DNA of 61,747 nucleotides, counting the filler, from Choristocarpus tenellus KU-1152 (lineage: Eukaryota; Protista; Phaeophyceae), in the NCBI GenBank assembly GCA_964200185.2. It is 13 parts of 13 records of this genome, joined end to end, with 100 filler letters (N's around TTAATTAATTAA, not from the genome) between each part and the next. Parts side by side here need not be neighbours in the genome. Positions count along the whole stretch, not along the records: positions 1 to 6,886 come from CAXNAD020007141.1; positions 6,987 to 12,240 come from CAXNAD020011345.1; 11 more parts are not named here. One strand, given 5' to 3'. The notes under the pieces were generated by a model. The model was not told the DNA's origin. It saw nothing but the letters and a program-made list of their open reading frames with translations, and made no database searches. This document shows positions 1 to 12,199 of the stretch, in pieces. Positions within the stretch are counted from its first letter, which is position 1, and every line of letters begins with the position of its first letter. A program made the position numbers and the translations under genes.

Positions 1-9
1 GGGGTTCAC

Positions 10-279
10 CTTTTGGTTCCCTTTGGAGGCATTGTGGCGTCAGGTGGTTGTACTTCGCCTCGGAGTTGATCGTGGGATTTCTGCATGGAGTGGGCACATT
101 CGAAACGGGATAGGAGGAACAAACAGAAAGAGGAAATATTTTGCGCATCGGGTCAGGCTCAGAGAGGATGGCATTAGGCGGTCGGTTCACACCATCCTCC
201 AGCCGTACGCAAACGATCACATTGCACGAGGTGGCAGTCCTGTCTTTTTTTACCTTCTGATTCGCCCGGTATTCAGCAT
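10..279 (-). CDS. 5' exons of an unknown spliced gene running out of the window (MPPKGTKR... or MLNTGRIRR...)
   Basis: Minus-strand donor AAG|GTAAAA at 254/253; long pyrimidine tract plus CAG acceptor before 80; donor AAG|GTGAAC at 10/9; ATG CCT CCA AAG at 32. Confidence 0.4.
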
Positions 280-2199
280 AACGTACGGCGCACAGGGTTA
301 GCCACACACGAGCACGATTCCCATGCAAGGGACACACACATACCCCCTCCTGACCAAGAGGGTATGGTCCTGTTATCTATTCTTTTTCGGTTGTTACACA
401 ACCGAACCATTGTCTGTATAACAAGAACCGCCTTTATTTAATGTTCTACCGCTCTTATATAATAGTATATATTTTGCTGTTACGAACAGGCCACTTCGGG
501 TGTTCCTTCTTCTAGGATTAAAAACGGATATTTAACAAACGAGATTTTGCACTATTGACGTATGTCTTGAAACTTCTATGCATGACGATTATGTTGAATG
601 GAACAAAAAAAGTTATATACATATATATATATTTATATATATAACTCTTTAAGCGCTAATTCTTCATTAGTGCGAAAGGGTGAATACTTAGAGTTGGCAT
701 CTTCTTTTGGATAGATTCGCGGTTCTTTACTCTTACATTGGAACAAAAACGTATAATTACACTTCGCCTAGTTTTATATTATATTGCACAACAAAGAAAA
801 ACTTTCGTCAAACAACATATGCGAGAGACCCCACACTCCCTCACTCTCTCGACAAAAAAGCAACAGGTCTGAACAATATTGAGAAATTCGTCGTCGCGGT
901 TGTTCAAGGTGACCACATCCGTCGCACCGCAGATGTACGATGACGACCCGCCAGTACTAGGGGATATCTCTAACAACGGGACTAAATTCGTGGACTTCGG
1001 AGGGGTAGACACTAGGACATCACAAAGGCAAGACCACGTCTGGTCGCAGCGAGACACACTCAAATATGGCCTGTGTGTTCTGTAATTGCCTCAATGGGTG
1101 ATTAGCGCTAGAAGAATAGGCTTAGCGAAGTATATGGTCACCATACCCTTCCGAAATTACAGATTTGCATCGAAATCCGAGAGATATGGTATTCACTACT
1201 TCCACCGTAGTTCCGAGCCGGTGACGCACACCTTCTCCCATAAAGAGCAGAACGAAACCTATCGACGAAGCTCGTGTGCTCCGATATCCGCGTTCCGATA
1301 CATATCAGACTCAAACGATGTTCCTTACGGTTTCCGTTTCCGATCCCAACCATAGCACATATCCCGACCCTAACCCTATGCCCCAACCCTGACACTCTCT
1401 CTCACCCTTACATGTTGATGAAATAATGCCGATTCATGTTTCCCCCTTCCTTCATCTGCTCGCCTCATATCACACTTTGTCATACTTTACCATTGGTCAA
1501 AGCACAGCAAATATTGCGGCCGTCCACATACAAACCTACTTCAAGTCACAGAAATCATGTCATTTTCGCCGAACGTTGTTCCACAACAGAGTGTGGCGAA
1601 AGTTGCTGCGGTCGACGTACCAACCTTTTCGAGTCACACACCCCCAAACCATCGTCCTGGACTCATCACAAAACTCAATCGCTATCTCGTCCCCCCCATA
1701 GAGCAAGGTGCGCATATGATGGTATGCGCATGTGGGGCTATGTGTTGACCTACATCACATGTAACGTTCAATATTGATTCCACAAAATCCATAGTACACA
1801 TTAGTTTACCGTTTGTCAGAACACGTCAATTGTGATACATACGTAGGCTAACGATGTCAGGGGCGACACCCACCATGCACCTGTCAAGTGCTTTCCAACA
1901 GAAGTTCGTACCAAAACACACTTTGTACCGTTGGACAAACTACCCCCAGTCACCTCATCCTACACATGCATCCTTTTTTTGGTAACCTTTTGTATGTGGC
2001 TCACAATTGACCGCATATGCGACGCACACATTTTCAAGAGAATATAATCGGGGCAGTTTCAGTTGTTGATGCGTCAAACACACCCTTCTCTATGCTTTCA
2101 AAGTGGGGTGTCATTCACCACGGCCCTTTTCCATTGAGCACCTAGAGTGACCAAACCTTGTGCGCAAGCACCTTTCCCCGAAGAAAGATGCAATATTAC

Positions 2200-3973
2200 T
2201 GAGGTTCACATGATGAGGATCGATCACTAGTGTCAAAGGAAACAAACCCACCCAACTTACATCGTGACCTCCTTTCGATCCCACTCAGGAGATGGGGACT
2301 AAAGAGACTGCCCAAGATCAGTGCCGCCCGTTCAAGGAAGAAATCCAAAACGGACCAGATAATGGACCTCTTCCTCTCCATGTTTGTCAACCACGATGGC
2401 TCAGAAGAGATGGAAGGAAGCAGCCGCACTTGGAACGACCTTGCCTCTTGGTTGTTGGATGAGAAGAGAAGATTTGCACTGTTGGCAAGTGCACTGTGAG
2501 TTGTGTTGGGTCGGGAACAACGCGAGTCAACACCTGATCTCCAGGTTTACACATTCCTCCAATCCATAAAGAATGATCTTAGCACCGACCATACGCGCCA
2601 GGTGTACAAATCCATCCTCGTCAGCATCGCTCCTGATGTCGAAGTAGGCGACAACGGGGTGACATCCACGTTTCAACCATTTCTGTCTGTCACAGCAAAA
2701 AAGTACGACATCAGCATCGACATACTAAGATCATCCGCCGAAAAACACACGGAATTCTTGCGAGACATGCAGCAACAGGCGAGCCCATCCGAATCGGCTG
2801 CAGATGACGTTGGGGACTTCTCTCCCAGCTCAAGCATAAACGTCGCTCACAACTATACTCCAGGCACCGCCCACAGGTATGGAAGTTCGTTTCCCGCAAC
2901 CACCAACAGTGTGACACACAAAACTTCCCCCCCCCGGGCGAACAAATTCACTGTATATGTAGAAAAAAGTTTCATCACTAACAGGGATGCCCGGATGATC
3001 CCTCATATTCTGCTGCACAACCGACACACGCCCCATATCTCCCATCGTTCCTCGCACAAAACGGCAGACCAAGGGTGTTCGACGTGAGAAGGGACAACTC
3101 CTCACGACAGTTCCATGTCTTGCATCCTGATACACATGTTCTGGGTATCACCGTGTGGGAGAGCAACAGCACCGTCATGCCCCACGATCCGGTCACATCT
3201 CACGATGCCGCCCAGGGAATCCACTACTTAGATCCGCATACGAACAAGAGAGTTTGCCATCCGGATGCACTGTGCCAACAGCACGCTCAGAGGTACTCAA
3301 CACTAGCGAGTGTCTTCCTCACAAATATTGCGCACGTATCCACCCTCAACACTTCATGGATTAATCACAGTGCAACATTTTTACCCTCCAACAAAACTGT
3401 GACATTACACCACACATGGTGCAACCGACATCACAACAAGGTCAAAGATTGGCACAGATGAGGATGTCTATACCAACATCAAGGAGAGATTCGAACAGGA
3501 GGGGATCCCAGGACCAATACTCTGTCTGTCAACATTCGTGAAGTGGAAACCGTTCTATATTTCAAAGGTCACGCCAAGGTATGTGCGAAAATAGAGTCTC
3601 TCGTTTTTTTTGGATACACGCTACAGTGGCGACTGGGCAACTCTACGTTTTCCTAACCGCCACAGGATAGCCAGTCACGTTATGCATCATGAGTGTCCAC
3701 ACACAAGTGAGGGTAACCCACCAACCGCATTTCCTCCCTCCACTCTCCTGCGCAACACAGATCATGCGTTTGCATCCACCATATGGCCACCGACCTCCAG
3801 GTTCAGTGCCTAAGAGAGAACTGGAAGAAAGTACATGGAAGAATGAGCTTTCACGACGATGGACAACGCGCTTGCACATGCACATGCAAATTCTGCGACA
3901 AAGGCAAAGGATGCGGGTCTAAAGAAGTGGAGACTGCACTCGAAAGTGGTGCTCATTTAATGGACTTCCTCTT
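2200..3973 (+). pseudogene. Sola2-like DNA transposase, N-terminal half, split by spliceosomal introns
   Basis: Exons ~2200-2876, 3068-3292, 3441-3578 and 3761-3973 join in frame through GT-AG introns (all phase 2): ...PGTAHR|PRVF...CQQHAQR|SKIGTDEDVY...STFVKWKPFYISKVTPR|SCVCIHH...CTCKFC...MDFLL. S-F-K-PFY...CxCxxH resembles Sola2 transposases. In-frame TGA at 2497. Confidence 0.7.
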
Positions 3974-4702
3974 GTAAGCTTGTCTTCCGAACCACATCCC
4001 GTTTGATGTGGCGAATGTGTTATCGCCACGAGCTGTAATGGTTATCCAACATAATGAGACCACTAAAGATACATACACCAACGTACACACACACCCAAAC
4101 TGTTTCACTACGTGCTCTACGTATATATGTATTGCAGTCATAAACAGACTCCACTAGTGACGTTCCATCCGCTACTCAAACATCCACACGGATACGTTAT
4201 GTTATGATGGACATGGATCATACGTTCCGTATAAAACAACGGACTTACGCATGTAATATATATACTGAATTTATTCTGATCCCAAACAGTTTGTGTTTAC
4301 GTGTCCTCCTACACATGTATTTATTGGCCTGATATGGCAACCTAGGTTTCGTCTCCATTAGACCGTTCTGCCACCATTCTCTAATACTTTTACTGCAATG
4401 CCAACCCAATCCTTTTCCCTCCCCCCTTTGCGCTGATAGGACCACAGAGCAATTGGCAGGAACCTTACCAGGGGGACGTCCACGCACAAACATCTCGTAT
4501 TCCACTCCACCATATTCAGCACAAGTCGAAATTTTCCATAACACACACCCTTACCAAGCGGCGGCAACCAGGCAGACTCCAGGCTTTGAACCCAAAGGAC
4601 AACTTCCCTCAGCGATAACAACATAGCCTACACCCACTCAAGCGCCAAGCATACATCCTTAATGCATTTTAGGCCAAAATACTTCATACAAGGACGGTGA
4701 CC

Positions 4703-4884
4703 CGGTCCAAGTAAAGTAGGGGACGGTGGTTTGTGAGGGGGTGTCCGTTTCGATCGAAATACTCAAAAATCATGGGAATTGCTGTCTTCAGTCCATCTCT
4801 CTCCGCGACTGAAGACAGCAATTCCCATGATTTTTGAGTGCTTCGTCCGGAACGGACACCCCCCCCCCTAAGATACTTTGACCC
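4703..4884. mobile_element. Fold-back MITE, family C (Sola2-like termini)
   Basis: Ends AGATACTTTGACCC; perfect 33-bp stem 4761-4793/4807-4839 with a 13-nt loop; related ends at 6822 and 27894. Confidence 0.75.
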
Positions 4885-6821
4885 GACACTTTTCACACTC
4901 AATCGCAACTATGCCTTCCAATCAATCATGCTGCGGAATTTTAAAACCAATTCAATCGCACCTAGTACAATATGCTTTGCCTTCTTGCTCCTACCTCTCC
5001 ATTATCTCGCCACGGCCCCTTACTTCTCCTGCCAAAATAATGCTCCTTCATAGGCTGCATCCAATCATGATTGCCCCTTTCCCCATCCCGTGCCCTCCTT
5101 CACGATACACTGCAATCCACCAAATTCATCCTACACAAAACCACAATTCTTCTCTCCGTTCGCTCCTGCTGCCCAAGTTCCTTCTCCATTACATTGCCAC
5201 CTCGGACAATATGCTTCACCTTCCTGCTTCTTCTTCTCCGATCCCCTCCCACGGTTTCAATTCTCTCCCTCTAAAATCATGCTCCTTCACACATGCTGCA
5301 TCCAATTCTCCTTGCCTCTTCGACCACCCCAAACCCTCCCTTACGCCACACTACAATTCATATTTTATCATTACTCACTCAATAACAACCCTGTCCACCC
5401 TTCGCTCATGCTGTGAAACTTCAAAACCAATTCAACTCTCACCTCGTACAATATGCTTCACCTTCCTGCTTCTACTTCTCCGATCCCCTCCCACGGTCTC
5501 AATTCTGTCCTCCCAAAATCATGCTCCTGCACATGCTACTTCCAATCCTTGTCGCCTCTTACACCATCCTAAACCTTCCTTTAACCCCACACTTTATTCG
5601 ACCTTTTCCATTCCTCACTCTTTGGCATCTCCGCCATCTGTTTCCGCATGCTGCGGAATTTCAAAACCAATTCAACTCTCAACTCGTACAACATGATTCA
5701 CCTCCCTCCTTCTACTTCTCCGATCCTCTCCAATGGTTCCATACCTCTACTGCGAAACTCATGCTCCTTCACATGCTGCTTCCAATCCTTGTTGCCTCTT
5801 TCACCATCCTAAACCCTCCCTTTACACACCATACTTCAATCCATATCTTCCATTCCTCACTCAATCGCAACTCCACCCTATATTTGCTCATGCTGCGGAA
5901 TTTCAAAATCAATTCAACTCTCACCTTGTACAACATGTTTCGCCTTCCTGCTCCTACCTCAACGTTCCCTCCCACTGTCCCATACTGCTCCCGCCAAACT
6001 CATGATCGTTCACAGGCTGCAGCATCCAATCCTCTCGGCCTCTTTCCTCATTCTAGACCCTCCTTCACAATACACTGCATTCCACCTTTGAGTGAAGTAA
6101 CTTAGAGGGTACGAGTTTTGCCCTTTTTGTCGATTTGGGGCTTGGCTTCCCATGTTTTTTTTAATGACATTTTCCTACTCCAAAATATTTCGGAGTAGGT
6201 AAGATGTATACGTTATGAAAAGCTGTGTTCGGAACAAGGATATTGGCACTTCCCAACAAACACAATGGCCAAAATTACATCAAAATTACAACATTGGATT
6301 TTTTCCACCAAATGGACGTGGCCCTACCCTCTAAGATACTTTGTCCTCTCTTCCATCCCACAAAAACACGCAATTCTTCCCTCCATTCACTCTCCCTCCA
6401 TTCACTCATGCTGCAAAAAATTCCTTCTCCATTGCATTACCAATACGTACAAACAATATGATTTGCCTTCTCCCACGGTCCCATACCTCTCCTGCCAAAG
6501 TCGTGCTCATTAAGCAGGAAGGTCAAGCATATCGAACCTCGTGGCAATGCCATGGAGAAGGAACTTGGGCAGCACGAGTGAACGGTGGGAAGAATTGTGG
6601 TTTTGTGTGGGATGTATATGATGGATTGCATTTATTTATGCAGGAGTGCCTGGGATGGGGGAAGAGGAGATGAGGAATTGGATGCAGTCTATGAAGAAGC
6701 ATGGGTTTGGCAAAAGAGGTAAGGGACCTTGGGAGGTAAAGGAGAGGTAGGAGTAGGAAGGTGAAGCATATTGTACGAGGTGAGAGTTGAATTGGTTTTG
6801 AAATTCCGCAGTATGAGCAAA
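4885..6821. repeat. ~240-bp CT-rich tandem array with an inverted copy
   Basis: ATGCTGCGGAATTTCAAAACCAATTCAACTCTC-like motif recurs at ~4928, 5408, 5648, 5890; 6513-6821 is the reverse complement of unit sequence. Confidence 0.85.
6090..6347 (+). mobile_element. MITE family A (~260 bp, TIR GAG(TG/CC)AAAGTATCTTAGAGGGTA)
   Basis: TIRs and internal palindrome CCTACTCC...GGAGTAGG; at least 12 copies in window. Confidence 0.85.
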
Positions 6822-6886
6822 GGGTCAAAGTATCTGGGGGGGGGAGGTGGTCTGTGAGGGGGCGTCCGTTTCGGTCAAACAACTCT
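6822..6886 (+). mobile_element. MITE family C end, cut by gap
   Basis: GGGTCAAAGTATCTGGGGG...GTCCGTTTCGGTCAAA. Confidence 0.75.
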
Positions 6887-6986
6887 NNNNNNNNNNNNNN
6901 NNNNNNNNNNNNNNNNNNNNNNNNNNNNNNTTAATTAATTAANNNNNNNNNNNNNNNNNNNNNNNNNNNNNNNNNNNNNNNNNNNN
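6887..6986. other. Artificial contig spacer (also 12241, 15369, 22677, 25946, 29862, 36037, 39208, 41902, 44562, 49835, 52815)
   Basis: Identical 44N-TTAATTAATTAA-44N blocks; the 12-mer puts stops in all six frames. Confidence 0.97.
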
Positions 6987-7273
6987 GGTGATGGAAATCA
7001 GTGGCGAAGGGGGTTCGCCCTGGTTGGTCATCAGATGTAGGGGTGACTGGAAATCAGTGGCGAAACGAGTTCGCCCGTGTTGGTCATCAGAGGTGGACGG
7101 TGGCTGGAAATCAGTGGCGGAGAGGTCGCACTGGTTGGGTCACAAGGGTTGTTAGAATACGGGGAGAAAAGGGAATAGGGAGGAATACAAATGTAGAATA
7201 AAATAATAATCCAGAATTCGTGAGCAAACAAAATAAAGTTTTCCCCCTTAGACATCTGCAAAATGTCAGAGGG

Positions 7274-7316
<43 letters not shown>

Positions 7317-7350
7317 GTATCTAATAATAATAATAATAAAATAATAATAT
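6987..7350 (+). mobile_element. 3' end of CRE-like non-LTR element or derived SINE: 58-bp repeats, hairpin and (AAT)n tail
   Basis: GGAAATCAGTGGCG x3; GACATCTGCAAAATGTCAGAGGG followed by (AAT)n; the same tail follows the CRE ORFs at 45830 and 52160. Confidence 0.55.
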
Positions 7351-7766
7351 AATATATGATAGGTTATTTTCAAGAACAATATATCGAACATAACGTGATA
7401 GAGTGATATATCTTTATGTGGAAGTTTGGAAGAAATTAGAGCTAGCTCTTTGTGTTGTCTCTTGTACTGTATATATTATAGCATGTATACTGTGACTATG
7501 CCTACGTCTAGACCTCTTATCGATAGTCGAGTCTGCAAGTCCTTGAGCAGGAAAGAGTTTACTTATGTTTTGTTCCCTCTCTTCTCCAGAGTGAGGATAT
7601 ACTCTCACAGAAACACAGCTACACATCGCGTAGCAGGAAGGACTTATAGTGAATAAGTCACTTCGAGTACCAGCTACCATTGGGTTCACTTCATAGTGTG
7701 TGCATCCTAACCATCGACAAAACCACATACAACTGTTGAGGGATCACCAGCATTACGGAGGGATAT

Positions 7767-10700
7767 ATGATGGATACAACAGGTTCGGGCATGGACAAGA
7801 CCAAGCAGGAGGACGAGAAGGTGCAGGTGTGTAAATGAGATTGAATAAGAAACACATCAAATCTCCTTTCAAAGCGGATATACGTGGCCATTGCATTACG
7901 AAATTGCGTGCGCACCTACAGATCCTACCATTTAATTCGCACCGATCGCTCACAGAGATGACTGGGGGTTGCAACCTTCATGATTTACTGTCGTCTGTGC
8001 TGGCAATTCGCAAGGCAGAGTTGTTGGTAGTTGTGTCTTCGGCATTGAGTTTGGAGCCAAAAAGTGATTGTCGGGGCAGTACACCATTGCTGCAACCAGT
8101 AGTTTTTTACCTCAAACTACCAGGCAGATAATCTGTCAAGTTGCAATTTATTCCACGACAATCATACACTTACTGGTGCGGAGGTTTCTGCATTACCTTT
8201 GGTCTTCGCCAACAAGTGAAAAGTGGAAAACTTGTCCAAAGAGTATCTACGCTGAGCTCGATACGTGTGTTGGTTGAGTTGGATAATGGTCGATAGCATA
8301 GATAGTGTCACACAATGATGATATTATCCATAACACTCAACGGAATATTCTAATCGCTACTGTGATACCTGACCTCTACTATATCTAAGCAATTCTTCCT
8401 GTCATAGATCTTTTCAGTATCGGCCTGTATGCGGAATTCTAAACAGTACCGACGATCATGTCTGGAAACAATGCTGCAATATCCCAACTGTCCCCTAGCC
8501 TCTACACGCCCAAACCTCCACCTGAGACTTTATAAGAAGGGAGATACATCACTTTGTCTAATCAGAGTATCAAGTCGGAAAGTAACGCCAAAGTACAACA
8601 GTTCCAGGGACCACATTGATCCAAACTACCCAACTCCTTCGAGGTGTAATGCTTGATCCTCTGAAGAGCATAGTTGAACCCTTCGTACTAACTTCACCCA
8701 TATAACCTCAAATCCGCAAGGGACAAGAGAATGACTACTTCAATGCGCAGCTTAGTGAGCTCATCAAGGCTAACCCTGTTCTAATGTTGGCGACCAGTAC
8801 CTGCCCCTTCTGTGTTGAGGTGTGGTTCCACAGTGGTTCCTACTACAAGTAGAACTATGTATTCCATGGTTATGCACATTGAAGTGTACATGACCTACAG
8901 TGGTAGCTGGCCTTCGCCAAGCCCTTGGACATTGCATATGAAATGGTCCCCACCATCGTACTTGAATCCTTACCATTTAGATCATGACTTTGCTAGCCCT
9001 TCACTCCCATCAAGTCCGCCGCCTCATCTATATCCATCTGCTGTACCTATCCTATGAATGACACGACTGCTTCTGCAAATTATCAGGCGAAGCGTACGTT
9101 TGAGACTCATGGCATTGCGGGCCTCTTCATTGACATGGACAAGGTGTGTAGCTCTAGTTGGTGAATCACGTTTTCGTGCGGTGTCTTTTTCAATTCAAAG
9201 TTGTGCGCTCACACGTATATCAGGGTACTTATTTTTGGCAGGTCACTTTTCATGCTGTGATAGGTTTTGTTTGTGACTCAGCTGTATTAGTAGTGAGTTG
9301 GGGACGGTGGGTACAGGGTATGTTTTGTTTGTTTGCTAATCAGTTTTTTGGGCTTCGCTGTGAATACCTTCAGTATTACTAGAGCTACGGATGCTTGGAT
9401 TTTGTAACATGTCACACGCAATATGTGAACTTCTAATTTCCTCCAGGCAATTCAAAGTGATGTAGATTTGCTCCAGAATAGCAATGTACCTAAATGCGTA
9501 TTTTGTGGTTGCTGAAAAGCACTGTTCCTAGGTTTGCGCAGATAAGGCACAGCCTCCTGTTGCTAGACTGGGGGTCAGATGATCCTCATGAAGGACAACT
9601 AACAACAGCACATTGGAGGATATGCTCTTTCCCCTTGCCTTTGCTCTAACTTTAAGTTTATCCCAACACATTAAACCCCACCACTCTCTCTCGTCAGAGC
9701 TAGAATGTGGTGTACGTACCCCAATCCTAAACCTAAGTTATGACCTATTATTGTTGATATATTCACATACAACCTTAAACCTAACTTGTCGTATCAAGAT
9801 ATCAGCATATTGACCTTGTTTTACTTGGTGTTTCAGTCGTATATTTTATTTGAATATGTTCTTTTATATTCATCCAATCAATCCTGTGTCCGATACTTGG
9901 GAACGTTAACTAGAAATATATAACCAAACTGATTGAGACGTTGGCAAGTATAGACCCTTTGCACTCTAAGCCATCTTTCATACCCCACGCAATACACTCT
10001 AGTAATTTCTTTAATGTGCGCATTAGTGTACACAAAATTGGTATTCCACCTTTCCGCAATCATAATGACACCATATTTCAGCAGGGTCGCTTTCTCCAAT
10101 TATTACAAAACGGGATCTTTTTGCCCTTCCTCGGATTCCTTAAAATGCAACCCTGCCTACCCCAAATTTGGTTTGACTCTTAATAGTCAAAAGTTTATCT
10201 TTGTCACTCCCGTGTCTTCTGTACTTTTGTAACAACAGGAAACAAACAACAGTTTAATGAGGAAGGCTATGACCGAGGCCACCAAGTGCACCTCTGTACC
10301 GCAGATATGGGTTGATGGCAGACATGTGGGGGGTTGCGATGACCTCAAGGTGACAATATTATTGTTTTGATCAAGCAGTGCAATGGATGGAATATTTTCC
10401 TTAACCTGGGTAGGTCGAGATCTAGGTTTGTGGTTCTTGTTGAATATATCATTGTAGTTTCAATTTCTCTCCAAACTCAAAGGGACACTTACTCCTTGTT
10501 ACACTCCATTTACAAGACCGTTGACATTGGTAAGGAGTAGTACTTTGTACTCAGGGCTCGCACTCTTTCACCCCTCAAAGCAAGTCCTGTTCTTGCATGC
10601 CCCTATCTGTGGGTGTGGAATGGTTTTATTGACATTCAATACAAGGCGAGTACTTTCCTCAACAGGATTGTTTTATAATTACAACATCAACATCCTCAAC

Positions 10701-11100
10701 CTTCTATCATTACAATTTAGTGCCTAAGATCATTTTTCGTTGTTCACGAACGTGAGCCGTTTACTGAGGCTTACTTATTTATGTTTGTGCTCTTCACCGT
10801 CTGGAAACTAGAATTTGAAGGGGTTTTTTGGTTTGTCCTCGAAAATGTCAGCGTCTTGTTATTCTCTGGATAGAAATACCCTTCATCGCTACAATCTTTT
10901 GCACCTTTTTCGTCCCACCCTTGTGATCTTAAAGGTCCAACCACACCCTTGCGTTATCTCAACCCCTTCTTCTCATACTATAAATTACCTCGATAAATGT
11001 ACAGACCCTTGACGCATCAGGAGACCTCACTATTACCCTCAATGGTCTCAAGTCAAAGGGTACAATCGAGAAAACTGAGGAGAGTACGACAGAGAAGAAG
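7767..11100 (+). CDS. Dithiol (CPFC) glutaredoxin-domain protein, 3'-incomplete
   Basis: Exons 7767-7826 (tentative), 8721-8819, 9087-9143, 10239-10349, 11005-11100, all phase-0 GT-AG: ...IKANPVLMLATSTCPFCVE|AKRTFETHGIAGLFIDMDK|ETNNSLMRKAMTEATKCTSVPQIWVDGRHVGGCDDLK|TLDASGDL...; CPFC, SVP and GGCDD motifs. Confidence 0.9.
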
Positions 11101-11279
11101 GTGAGTCGTACTTCCAACCCTACTGGATGCCCATTATGATATTTCACTACCCTAAGCCGAGTTCTGCCCCTCATAAATTTATTGTCTGTGCTGTGTCCAC
11201 ATTATTGTCTGACTCTTCTTCAATATGCTTGTTCGAGTGACCTGAGGTGCTCCTAATTCAAGTACGCTCACTGTACCAA

Positions 11280-11537
11280 GAGTGAAAGCATCTTAGAGGG
11301 TACGAGTTTTTCCCTGTTTGTCCATTTGGGGTTTGTCTTCCCAGGTCTTTTTTTATGACATTTTCCTACTCCAAAATATTTTGAGTAGGTAAAATGCATA
11401 CATTGTAAAAAGGTGTGTCCAGAGTAAGGGTATTGATGCTTCCTAACAAACACGATAGCCAAAAGTACATCAAAATCACAACATTGGATTGTGGCCCCCA
11501 AATGGACACGGCTCTTCCCTCTTAGATACTTTGGTTC
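11280..11537 (+). mobile_element. MITE family A in intron
   Basis: Full TIRs; CAA on both sides. Confidence 0.9.
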
Positions 11538-12008
11538 CAAGGTAATCGTATCATTGAACTGTAGTATTGCCTGATACTGTGTGGCCATGCTAATTGCATT
11601 GAGAAAGAAAGACGGGCATCAACCCCTACAGCGAGGTGGACAACCGCACACTCATCCAGCACATCTATGTTTCAAATGCTCCTTTCCTGAGGAAGAAAAT
11701 TAGAAGAAAATTTGCAAGCACTTCGAATCCATTTTTCAATTTGCACGCCAAATTTTGTTACTGTTGAGATATTTTTCCAAGTAATCCGATAGTGTTTATT
11801 GGTAGTACTGTTGACGTTTACTACTTAATATTATTGAAAAATGAGAAAGTAAACAAAGTACTAGTAGTTTGAATCTTGTTCCTCACCACCCTGACCCCCA
11901 CCTCCCCCCTGTGATCTCTCACGGACCTTGTGGGAGCAGATGAAGCAACACAGTTTCCCTCCCCTCCAACCTGGGATTTCTGTGCAGTCAAACCCTGTAG
12001 AAATAATA

Positions 12009-12157
12009 ACTCAAGGTATCTGGGGTGGGGGGTGGTGGCTGTCCATTTGGGATCAATTTTTTCATATCGAATTTTTTGGGTGATTTGGTTCCATACGTCG
12101 GATGAATAACGTAAATGCACTTTTCCCGATTTTGTCCAAATGGACACCCTGATGTAG

Positions 12158-12198
<41 letters not shown>
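12009..12198 (-). mobile_element. MITE family B (~175 bp, poly-G/C subterminal tracts)
   Basis: CTCAAGGTATCTGGGG...TGTCCATTTGGG...GGACACCC...CCCC; ~10 copies or fragments in window. Confidence 0.8.

Positions 12199-12199
<1 letters not shown>

Noticed and set aside
2497-2499. In-frame TGA as selenocysteine or recoding
   Set aside because: Better explained by CGA-to-TGA decay in a dead transposon; no SECIS seen
4878-6105. 272-aa and 230-aa ORFs
   Set aside because: Translations of a G-poor tandem array with few stops; no domain features
6931-6942. TTAATTAATTAA as a biological motif
   Set aside because: Always centred in exactly 44+44 N; an assembly linker
12159-12199. Long poly-C run and poly-Gly ORFs
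   Set aside because: MITE B homopolymer near a contig end, length unreliable
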